Assembly: GCA_000388065.2 (NCBI GenBank)
Contig: KB932205.1
Length of the DNA stretch: 61,348 nucleotides
Origin: Fonticula alba ATCC 38817
Lineage: Eukaryota; Protista; Nucleariida
Reading direction: 5' to 3' (one strand)
Shown here one piece after another: positions 47,701-58,919 of the stretch. The translations under genes were made by a program, and so were the position numbers. The first letter of the stretch is position 1. Each line of letters begins with the position of its first letter. The notes below the pieces were generated by a model that was given only the letters and a program-made list of their open reading frames with translations, did no database searches and was not told the DNA's origin.

Positions 47701-50700
47701 GGACCGTCCCCGCCATTTGTCTAACTTGTCCCGTGTGTCTTGCTCCACCTCCCGGCCTGTTCTCTACACATGACCATCCCCTGCCGGGGCCATAACCATT
47801 TGTGGGCGCCACCGTTGACGCGTGTGCACAGATCCTCGACAATGACACCCACTCCTTCCACACGTACTTGATGAGGTTGAACAACCGCAGTGCCGAGAGC
47901 GTGCGCCAGGACTCGGCCGCCCTGCTGGAGATGCAGAAGACGCGCAACATCTCCCCCATGGTTCTCCCCCTGCTGGAGCGCCGCCAGGCCATCATCGACG
48001 CGGTCCGGAACAATGCGGTGACCATCATCTCCACCGACACCGGGTCCGGCAAGAGTACACAGGTCCCCCAGTACATCCTGGATGACATGATTCGCCAGGG
48101 CGAGGGCAGTGAGGCGGTCATCCTCGTGTCGCAGCCGAAGCGCATGGCCACCCTGGCCCTGGCCAACCGCATCGCCAACGAACGCCAGGATCCTCAGGTG
48201 GGCATGTCCGTCGGGTATTCCATGCGTGGCGACACGGTCATGCCAAAGCTTTTCGGCTGTACGTGTGCACACTCGCGCGCACATTTGCTGTCTTTTGGGC
48301 CTTTCCGCTTCTCTCTTTCATCCTGGCTCCCATCGCCCCTTTTCTCCTTTTTTTTTTTCTTTCCGCCCCCCCCCCCCCTTCCCTCCCCGTTGCGTGTTTG
48401 CTCCCTTCTAATATTCCCTTCTGCCCTCTCTCTTGTGCTCGCCTTACCGACTTCGCTGTGAATGTGTGTGTGTGTGGTCACGCACGCGCGCGCGCGCGCG
48501 CGCTTGTCCACGCATAGCCATCATCATGATGACCACCGGCTCGCTGATCAAGTTCCTCACCTCCAAGTCCTTCCTCGGGTCGCCGGCACGCGCCGGCGGC
48601 GCGGGCGAGAAGTCCCCCATCACGCATCTGATCATTGATGAGGTGCATGAGCGCCGGTCCGACATTGATTTTATCCTGTACCTGGCTCGGCTGGCGGTCA
48701 ACCGCTTCCCCAATCTGCGTGTGGTGCTCATGTCGGCCACCGTCGAAGCGGACCACTTTGCTGGCTACTATCCGTACGTTGGACGTCCGCCCTCCTGGCC
48801 CGGGCACCGCGCCCCCTACACGCCCAAGCAACCAGGCAAGCAAAATCGCCCGCTCACCTTCCTCACTCGCTGGCTTTCTTTGCCCGCCGGCCATTCGCCG
48901 TTGTCGTTGGCTTTTTTTTTCTCCTCTCCCCCTTCCCCCTTTTCCTTCGGCTTTGTAGGAAATCCACCGTGCTCAACTTCTCCACCCGCTTCCATGAGGT
49001 GGAGTCCCTGTTCGAGGAGGAGATCCACCATGAGATGGCCCTGGCCGGGTTTAACCCCAATCCCGGTGCGCTTTTGCTGGCCAGCTTCTCCTGTGCGCCA
49101 TGGCTCGCCAAGAGCCTTGCTATTTACTTACGCTCCCTTCATTTCTCTCCCCCACCCCCTCCCTGCACTGTCCCCTCCTCGCCTTTCCGGCCCGCTCTCC
49201 CTCTCTCCCTCCCTCTTCCTGGCTCTCCCTCGTCGATCTTCATGTCGCCTTTCCGTCCTTCTGCCTTGCTCGCGCGCAGTCCATTTCCCTGGCCATCTGG
49301 CCCGCGATCTGACCGACCAAACCCGCGGGAGGGGTGTCGGTGCGTTCGTGCATTTCACACACACACACACACACAGATTGAGACCCGCCCTTTTGGCTTT
49401 CCCGCCTCCTCTCTTTGCAACCCTCTCTATCGCCCCTCCCCTCCCCTTTGCTGCTGCTGCTGCTGCTGCTGTCCATTGACCACATTCACCTTCTGATGGG
49501 CGGATGGGCGGGCAAAAAAAACAGCCCTTCTGTCCTTCCTCCTGGGTAGCCGCGATCCGCACTTCTCCAAGGGCGATATCTTGGTTTTCTTGCCCGGTAT
49601 CTCGGATATCCTGGCCATGGAGCGCCTCCTGGAAGCGGACATCTTCAACGTCGGCGTCGAGAGCAAGGCTGTGTACGTGTGGTCCTTGCATGGGGAAATG
49701 GGGAGCCGCACATTGTGAATGGCCTCTCCTCCGCCGCTCCTTCCCCTTGCCCGGCCTTCATCCTCCCTCTCCCTTGCCCCAACCGCTGACACCCACATCG
49801 CATGCCACGCGCACATGCAGCATCATCCCCCTCTATTCGTCCATCCCGATCAAGCTGATGGAGGAGAGCATCAACCGGCCGATTCCCAACGGCTACCGGC
49901 GCATTTTCCTCTCGACCAACATCGCCGAGACATCGCTCACCTTCCCGTACGCCCGCCCGCGCCCGCGCCCGCGCCCACACCCGCGCCCGCACCCGCACTT
50001 GGTCGCACCCTGACGCCTGCCCTTCCAATCCGCCCCTCCTCTCTGACCCCTTTTGCCTGTGCGATGGCCCCCTGCCCCATAGCGCTGTGGTCCATGTTGT
50101 TGATAGCTTCCTCGAGAAGATCGGTGTCGACGGGCTGAATGGCAACTCCTCCGGCCTGGTGGCGAAGCGCATTTCCAAGGCCAGCTCCCGGCAGCGCCTC
50201 GGCCGTGCTGGCCGTGTGGCCAATGGCCTGTACTATGCCTACTCCATCAAGGGCAGCGAGTACGACCAGCCCGGCTTCCTGGCGGACTACTCCCTGCCGG
50301 ACATCCTGTTCAAGGATGTGCGCGACTTGGTGCTCTTCTTCAAGACCCTCCCCTCGCGGGATGCTCTGCTGGCCGAGACCAAGAGCATGCAGGCCAACCA
50401 GATGGCCAGTGGCACCGGGGCCAATGGCGCGGTGTCCCCCATCCGCCAGTACCTCGACCTGCCGGCCAACCAGCACCTGTCCAAGTCCCAGCGCGAGGTG
50501 TATGAGTTCTTCGATTCGCTCCCCTCGACGCCGCCGCTGGAGAACATCCACTCGGCCCTTCGGTCGTTGCAGGGTGCGCGCTGATGGGTGATTGGGCCGG
50601 GCGCCGCCGTTGCCTCTGGCTCCATGCCTTTCTTTTTGTGCTCTTCCCCTCTTTCGAAATCGGTGCCACGTATGCGCTAACAGCGTGATGCCCTGCGCCT

Positions 50701-52625
50701 TGCCTCTTCCCCCCCCCCCCTGCCCCCGGCCCCTGCTTCGGATATTTGCCACCAACACGGCGTGTGTCCCCGGTGCCCCCAGTGATGGGAGCACTTAGCT
50801 CTCACTTTGAGTTGACAGCCTTCGGAAACTACATTGTCCAATCGCCCGTGTCGCCGGGTGCCTCGCGCGTGTCGCTCCTCGCCTCGTGCGTCTCCCCCTC
50901 ATCATGCTTCCCCCACTTGACAGCCTGCACACCGGCCCATATATTTGGACATTTTGCTGACCCTCCCCGCGGCCGCGCCCGTGCCCTCCTGCCCACAGCC
51001 TGTTCGACATCCCCGAGCCGCTGATCATCTCCTCGGTCCTGCTGGATGTGCAAAGCCCCCACTCCAACCAATCGGAAGACCTGTCCACCCGCCTGCTGCC
51101 GGCCACGGCCACCGAGCCAGCTCAGCGCGTCGAGTACATCCCCCTGTCGCCGGAGGAAATGCTCATCCAGAGTGACATCCTGCAAACGGCCCGCCGGCTG
51201 GTGGAGGCCGTGGCCCTCGGTGTTCGGGAGGACTCGGTTGACGAGATGCTCCGTCTGGCCCGCGACTTCAACATCGAAGAGCGCAATATCCGGGACTTCC
51301 GCCGGACGCACACCACCCTGCTGGCCTTCCTCCTTAAGAACCACTTCATTGGACAGCGTGCGTGCTCTTTCCCTCCCCCGAGCTGGTGTTTTCCTCTTTC
51401 TGGCCCTCTTCTTTTCCAGGCTGCCTGCCTCTGCCCTCCTCCCCCTCCCCCCTCCTCCCTTCCCACACACACACACACACACGCACACACACACACACAC
51501 GCTGTACCGTGCATCGCCCTCGGCATCACTGACATAACACGCGCCTTTGCTCCGTTCCCTCTTCTCCCTTCTCCCCCCACCCCCTTCCTCCTCTCCTGTC
51601 CAGATGTTTATCCGCTTCTGCCGAACACCCAACGTCTGACGGTCTATGGCGGGCAGAAGATGCGCTACTTGGACACCTTGCTGGCCAATTCCACCCCCTC
51701 GCCGGAGACCATGCTTCCTGTGTCGCAGAGTGACACGGCCCTCCACACGGCCGCCCAGGCAGCGGCCGGCGGCGGGGGCAAGAAAAAGCGCGGCAAGGGC
51801 GGCTCGGCGGCCGCGCGTCTGCAGCAGCAGCAGCACCTGCTCAGTGCCTCGGCCTCGGAGATGTCCTTCCACACGGACCTCCCCCAGCTGAGCTCCTCCA
51901 AGAACCTGGACCGGCTGCCGCTCATGCGGTCGCTGTTGTACTCCTTCGAGCCACGGAACCTCCTGCTGCCGGAGGTCAGCAAGAAGAAGACTTCGGTCAC
52001 CTACTCGTCGAACATCATCCACAAATCCACGGTCGGCCGGGTGACTTGCGAGCCGCCACCCCCGGGCAAGCGTCTGCCCTTGTATTCCTTCGCGTCCTGC
52101 ACCTCCAGCATCAATGACCCGGTCAGCACTGGGATCCTTGCCACTCCGCGCCTGCATGAGATGCTGAACAACGCCCCTTCGATCACCTTCCTGAACCAGG
52201 TGCCTCCGATTGCCCTTTTCCTCTTCGGCGACATTACGGCCTTCGCCATCGGCCCCCCGGGGAATGCCCCGCACCAGCGGCAGATCCCCATTCGGGAGAC
52301 CCTCTCGCCGGACATGTTCCAGACCATCGACAATCCGGAGTACGCCCGCTCCCTGGCGGCTTCCTTCTCGCTGCCGCTGGCCAAGGCGGTCGTCTCCGAG
52401 GCGGCGGCCGTGCGCCATGCCATCCTGGAGTTCAATGACTGGATTCGTGTGGAAATGCCCACCGAGGATGCCGCCCGGCTGGTGGTCTTGCGTCGACTCA
52501 TCCAACAGTATGTCCATGTGCTGTCCTCGCTCAAGCACCACGAGAAGAAGATCGTCATCGATTCCTTCCAGCAGATCTCCCACCTGGTGCACGAGCTGTC
52601 GCACTCCATCTCCATGAACCGCTGA
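44728..52625 (+). CDS. DExH-box RNA helicase (DHX30/DHX36/DHX57/DHX9-like) with N-terminal dsRBD-like modules and HA2 domain, about 15 exons
   Basis: Motif I TDTGSGKST (~48035), Ia SQPKR, Ib TTG, II DEVH (~48640), III SAT, IV LVFLPG, V STNIAETSLT, VI QRLGRAGR; HA2 GALSSHFELTAFG; stop TGA 52623-52625. Exon phases are consistent. Confidence 0.92.
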
Positions 52626-53249
52626 GGGGGCATGTACGTGTGGTATGCAAGTGCCTGGGGCCCTGGAAAGGAGCACCTTCGGGTTTGCGTTCTCCTCCTC
52701 CCTCCTCCTCCCTCCTCCTCCCTCCTTCTCCCTCCTTCTCCCTCCTTCTCCCTTCCTCTCTCTCTCTCTCTCTTTCTCTCCTCCCCCCGCCCCCCCCCCT
52801 GGCTCGCCATTCTCGGAGCTAAGGGAGGTGACTGAGCTCAGAGTGGAGTGCCCAATCGCGGGCTCCACACATGTCCCGAGGTGTTGGGCCTTGCCTCACT
52901 GGGACTCCTATGCGCGCCTTTAGAACTAGACGCCGTTGGCCGGAGGCTGGCCCCTCTGACACCTGGCCGTGTGTCCTCCCCGCCCGACACGCACATGCAC
53001 ATGCACTGTCTCTCCTCCTATATCACCATCTCCATCTCGGCAGGTGGACCATCCCCCCACGCCGCCCTTGCCACATTCTCCCGGGCGTGGGCCGTCGCCT
53101 GCCTCTTTCTCCCTGTACCTCTCTATCTCTCCTATTTCACACCATCACACCCTCCCTCTCTGTAATAGATTTTTCTCTTGGAAACCGCCGCCGACCAGGG
53201 TCGGGATGGGGGGAGGGGGGGGGGGCAAGAAGATCAGAGATGATGTGTG

Positions 53250-53701
53250 CTCTGCTGTGGTTTGCTATCCCCAGGGCCAGTCACTGTGTGTGGGTGTCGG
53301 TGTGTATTCGCCAATGGAGGGGTTGGCTGCAGAGATAGAAAAGACGCGAGGGGAAGCAAGAGTAGAGCCACAGGAGGGCTGGAGACAGATGCAAGGGCCA
53401 ACAAACGAAGAGGCAGCTAGCCCGCACCGCCGAAGAGGAACCTCCGCAGCCGTGCGATGTAGGAAAACGGCGCGCGAACCGGACACTGCCCTTCAATCGC
53501 AGCACCGGAATCCTGGCGACTGGCGAAGATGGACAGGCTGCACAGGGACCGGAGCTCGGCCACAATGGCCGACCCGAGGCTAACCACACCCGCGGTATGG
53601 GGAGCAGTGGCGGTGGGAGCAGCAGTAGCCTATGTCGGGCGCACAGCCACACCCACGCACGCACCCGGGGGAAGGGGCAGGGGCCAAGACAAGAGAGGTT
53701 A

Positions 53702-53744
<43 letters not shown>

Positions 53745-55694
53745 GAGAGAGGGAGAGAGAGAGAGAGAGAGAGAGACACGGCCGGCCAGAAGACCACGAG
53801 GAGATGCATACGCACCGGGGTCAGGTCGGCAGCCATCGACGCTACAAGGTCCTTGCTCAGGAGCGACTCCACCGGGATGACCCGCACGCTGAGGGGGACG
53901 CCGGGGGCGCGCTTCTGCCGGCTGCCATACTGGGGAAGGGCACGGCCATTGTACGACAGGGCCTTATGCGCGTAAAGGCGTGATGGCAGAAGGAGGTACA
54001 TGCAGCCGGCTATCCAAAGGCGCGGGGGCCAGAGCGCATGTTAGGGCAGCCAAAAAAAAGCACAGAGACACATACACATACACATGTGTGTGAGACAGAC
54101 AGAAAGGGAGAGAAGGGAGCGCGGCGGGGGGGGGGGGGGGGGGGACGTCTGAGGACGCAGGCTCCCTCCCCCCCTCCCACACACTCNNNNNNNNNNNNNN
54201 NNNNNNNNNNNNNNNNNNNNNNNNNNNNNNNNNNNNNNNNNNNNNNNNNNNNNNNNNNNNNNNNNNNNNNNNNNNNNNNNNNNNNNNNNNNNNNNNNNNN
54301 NNNNNNNNNNNNNNNNNNNNNNNNNNNNNNNNNNNNNNNNNNNNNNNNNNNNNNNNNNNNNNNNNNNNNNNNNNNNNNNNNNNNNNNNNNNNNNNNNNNN
54401 NNNNNNNNNNNNNNNNNNNNNNNNNNNNNNNNNNNNNNNNNNNNNNNNNNNNNNNNNNNNNNNNNNNNNNNNNNNNNNNNNNNNNNNNNNNNNNNNNNNN
54501 NNNNNNNNNNNNNNNNNNNNNNNNNNNNNNNNNNNNNNNNNNNNNNNNNNNNNNNNNNNNNNNNNNNNNNNNNNNNNNNNNNNNNNNNNNNNNNNNNNNN
54601 NNNNNNNNNNNNNNNNNNNNNNNNNNNNNNNNNNNNNNNNNNNNNNNNNNNNNNNNNNNNNNNNNNNNNNNNNNNNNNNNNNNNNNNNNNNNNNNNNNNN
54701 NNNNNNNNNNNNNNNNNNNNNNNNNNNNNNNNNNNNNNNNNNNNNNNNNNNNNNNNNNNNNNNNNNNNNNNNNNNNNNNNNNNNNNNNNNNNNNNNNNNN
54801 NNNNNNNNNNNNNNNNNNNNNNNNNNNNNNNNNNNNNNNNNNNNNNNNNNNNNNNNNNNNNNGGGCGAGGGACGGCCCCGGCGTCAGGGCCCCCGGAGCA
54901 GACCGTCGACGAGAAGACCGGCGGCAGGCTGGGCGAACCGGGGCTACTGACCGGGGGCGAGGCGTCTCCCGGGAGGAGTGAAGACCCGGGGCCGGTGGCG
55001 CCGGCGGACGGAGTGAGCCCGGTGGCGGCGGTTGGGGAGGCCCCGACGGCCGGGCTGCCCGGCGCCCCGGCACCCGGAGACGAATGCCCCGGTCCCGGCG
55101 GCGAGTGCCCCGGCGAGGGGAAGCCCGATCCGCCGGGGGCCGATGTCGCGGACGACGAGGACGCCGCAAAAGCCAGGACCGGCACATGGCCGACGGCCGG
55201 CGGTGCGCGCAGGCTCAGCCGCGTGCCCGGGGTCGCATCCTCCAAGGAACACCGTGGCGGAGGGACATCCTCCTGGGCAGGGGGGTCCACCAGCGGCGTG
55301 GCGGCGTACGCCCGTCGCCGGGCCTGCAGCGTCGGGGTCTCAATGTCGGACCGGTCGTCGCTGGGCGAGTGCGTTAGCTCAAAGCTATTCATCAAGGGGA
55401 GCCGGGCTCCGGGACCGGATGGCTTGGCCCGCGGCCCGGCATCGCGCGGACGCGGAGTTGCCAGCACATCGCGACCGCTGTCAAAGGCTGGTCGAGCGTG
55501 GGGAAAGGTTGTCAGAGTCAGTATCCATGCAGAGGGGAGGGGGGGAGGNNNNNNNNNNNNNNNNNNNNNNNNNNNNNNNNNNNNNNNNNNNNNNNNNNNN
55601 NNNNNNNNNNNNNNNNNNNNNNNGGGGGGGGCAGAGCTGTCGCCCGGCATGCCAATGTGTGCAAAGGGGTGCGCGCAAGAACAGGAGGAAGGCC

Positions 55695-55728
<34 letters not shown>

Positions 55729-56572
55729 ATGTGGGGTCAGAGGCGCAACAGGAGGACGCACTCTTCGATGCAGGTCCGGGGGTCATGCCGAAGTTGGAGA
55801 AGGGCACAGACCCGCCACGGGGGGGCTTGCGGGCAGATGCCTCGACCCCGGGCGCCGGGGTGGCCGGGACCTCGGGGCCAAGATGCGGCGGGGTGGTCCG
55901 ACGCTTGCCCGGCGTTTGGCTGGGCTTCTTTTCATCGGCCCCGGTGCCCGAGCTTGGCATGGGGAAGGGCGGCTCCATGGCGCCGGTCAAATAGGGCGGG
56001 TGGTAGGCGTCGATCGGCTGGGCAAAGGGATGGCCACCGGCCGGGGGGATGGCCGCCGGGACAACGCCACGGCCCTGTGCACTGGGGCCCCGGTGTGCGC
56101 GCAGCCCAAGCGAGTACGGATGGAGAGGCGCTTGCGGGGCGCGCTGCGTGTGGACCGACACCGCCGGACGCCCGGCCAAATCCTCCAGCGACAAACTACT
56201 GCCCGGGAGAAAGAGGCGCCCGGCGGCGCCGGACCCGGCGCCCGAGCGCAGGGGGCTCGAGCCGCCGGGGGACGGGGTGGCGGCAGCCGACACCAACGGC
56301 GTCGGCGGGGCCCCCTGCAAGGAGGACAGCGAGGGTGACGCGAGAATCGACTCCCCGGGACCGGGAGACGCCCCGGCCATGCGCCAGAAGGACGACCCAC
56401 CGGGGGCCGGCCGGGGCGCCCGGTCAGTAGCCTGTCTCAGCAGGGCTGACGGGGGATTCGGCGAGAAGTGCCCATCCGCCAGGCCGGCCGAGGGTGGGAG
56501 GTTGGCCGCGCCGGCCGCAAAGCGGCTGACCCCCGGCCGACCGCCAGGTGATTGCAGCAGGGAGTCCGACAT
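53250..56572 (-). CDS. Hypothetical Ser/Thr-Pro-rich protein, spliced, interrupted by two gaps
   Basis: ATG 56572 (MSDSLLQSPGG...), long coding-like exons 56572-~55760 and ~55490-54863, and further exons ~54010-53820 and ~53580-53430 with GTGCGT/GTGCGG donors. No family recognised; both ends uncertain. Confidence 0.5.
53705..53776. repeat. (GA)n microsatellite in an intron of the hypothetical gene
   Basis: About 70 nt of GA with occasional GG interruptions. Confidence 0.9.
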
Positions 56573-57274
56573 GCCGCCGGAGGGGGGAGGGGCAGGAGCA
56601 AGGGAGAGAATGTGGGGAGGGAAAGGGAGGGGGAGGAAGAGGGGGGAGGGAGCGAGGAGGAGGAGGAGGAGGAGGAGGAGGAGAGGGAGATAACGGGAGG
56701 CATGGCCAAGCGGGTCTCCGCGTCGCACCTTGGCCGAGCAACGAGAAAAAGGCCCAACCGTGCGGCGGTCATGGCCGGCCCATGTGTCGAGGATGGCGGT
56801 GGCAACGACCTCCCCCTGGCAGAAAGAGACAACAAAAGCCGGCCCGTGCATGGGGACGATCTTGGCCCGCGGACCGCCCCGCCCTGTTCTCCGCCTCTGC
56901 TGCTGTCTCTCCACCCCTGGAGGCGGTGGCAAGGCGCGCGTGTGCAAGTGCACCTCCGCTCAACCCCCGGACGGCCAACGGGGGCCAGGCACGGCCCAGA
57001 CTAGCCAGGTGCCGACGCTATCTTCGTTGGCAGCGCGCTCCTTGGGCATTCGCCCCAGAGCCCGCGTGTTCCGGAGGTCACGACGCGCCATTCACACAGT
57101 GTCCCCGGTCCCTCGGCGTCCCTTTTCTGCGGGCAGGGCGATCTCCCCCGTGTGGCGGCGGCCGCGGCGGGGGGTTGGGCAAATAAGCACACACACACAC
57201 ACACGCACTCATCTCACCCCCCCAGGCACACCCATCATCTCTCTTCCTGCCCTGTTGCTGTGCCCCGCTGCCCG

Positions 57275-57587
57275 ATGCTCCGCGCGCTCCGGCCTGCCTC
57301 CTCTCTTGTATCCCTCTCCCGTTGCTACACCACCCGGCCCTTCACTATGACTGCTCCCGCTGCCACTGCTGCCACCTCCTCTGCTACTGCCCCCTCCTCT
57401 GCTGATGGTGTGCCCGCCACCACTGCGGCCACCGTCACTGTCGATCCGGCACAGCAACTGGTCATGTACATCATCGTGCGCAATGACCTGCTCCAGCATC
57501 CCGGCTGGTCGACTGGCAGCCTGATTGGTGCGTCACGCGCCCCTGCCGGGGGGGGGGACCTTGTCTGCTTCGCTCCCCCCGCTTGTT

Positions 57588-57646
<59 letters not shown>

Positions 57647-58144
57647 CTGCCTCTCCTGACGAAAGATGCAATGACAAAATGAAAACGCCCCACTTGGCTC
57701 CCATAGCCCAGGGCAGCCACGCCGCTTCGGCGGCCGTCTGGGCCTTCCGCGACCACCCCGACACGGTGCGCTATGTCACCGGCGAGCCGGGCTGCGCCAT
57801 GCTGCAGGCCTCCAACGGGGAGTCCTTCAATGGGTCCATGCGCAAGGTGGTCCTGGTGGCCAAGTCCGAGGAGAAGCTTCTTGGCGCGCGCGATGCGCTC
57901 ACCGCCGCCGGGCTGGACCACATGTGCGTGTCTCGCGTGGTGCAATGCCCCATCGCTTGGCTGGGCCTCCTCCACTTTTCGTGCCCCCGCCCCCCTGCCC
58001 AGCTGCCCGTCTCTGACGCACGCCACTCGCACTCCCAGTGTCTGGACCGAGCTTCCGGAGGACCTGCCGACCGCCATCGCCACCCGGCCGTATCCGCGCG
58101 CCCAATTTGGCAACACTCTCCGGTCTTTGCCGCTGTTCCGTTGA
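57275..58144 (+). CDS. PTRHD1: PTH2-family peptidyl-tRNA hydrolase domain protein PTRHD1, 3 exons
   Basis: Exons 57275(or 57347)-57527, 57707-57923, 58039-58144: LVMYIIVRNDL...WSTGSLI|AQGSHAASAAV...MRKVVL...GLDH|IVWTELPEDLPTAIATRPYPR...LPLFR*. Confidence 0.92.
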
Positions 58145-58919
58145 GCGTCCCGGCACAGCCGGCCAGTGCCCGGTCGCGGCATGGCCGGGCCCATGTGCTC
58201 CTCTCTTCTCCTGCTCGCCATTCAACTCCGAGAAGGAGGGGCCAAATACACGAGCAGACACGTGTCCTCCTCCCTCTGTGGCTGGAACTGACGCGCACGC
58301 AGATGGGCAAATGCGGGATTTGGTGTTTTATTGTTTGCAGGGGGGGGGGAGAGAGGGGGGGCGGGGGGGAGAGCGGGGGAGGGGGAGTCCTGCAGAATGG
58401 AAAATGGGACACGTCGGCTCTCACAAGGCGTGTGCACAGGGCACTGGCTTCATCGGCAGAGGAGGAGCAAAGACCCCCTGTGTAAATCTCTCCCCGTTGG
58501 GGGGAGGGAGACGACCCAGCGATCGGCAGACATTGTGCACGGGCAGGGGGATGGAGAAAAGGCATGTGTGTGTGTGTGTGTGCGTATGAACAAGTACAAA
58601 GGAACGAAGTGCGTGCCCTGTGCGCGAGCATGGAGCGACAGCCCCACAGTGAGCTGGGAGGAGAGAGAAAGGGGCGAAGGAAGAGGGTGTGCCACATCCA
58701 TACGCTGCTCACTCGGGGAAGGGGAGAAGGAAAGAGAGGGGAGGGGGGGAGAGAAGGGGAGGGGGAGAGAGAGAGAGAGAGAGACTTCGGGAAGGCGCCC
58801 ACACAGGCACATGTGATTGCGCCTTCGCGAAGTTCCCTCCTCGGACACACACACGCGCACATGTGTGCGTGTATGCGTGCGTGAGTGATCCTCCATCCGT
58901 GACCACGTAGGTATCATCC

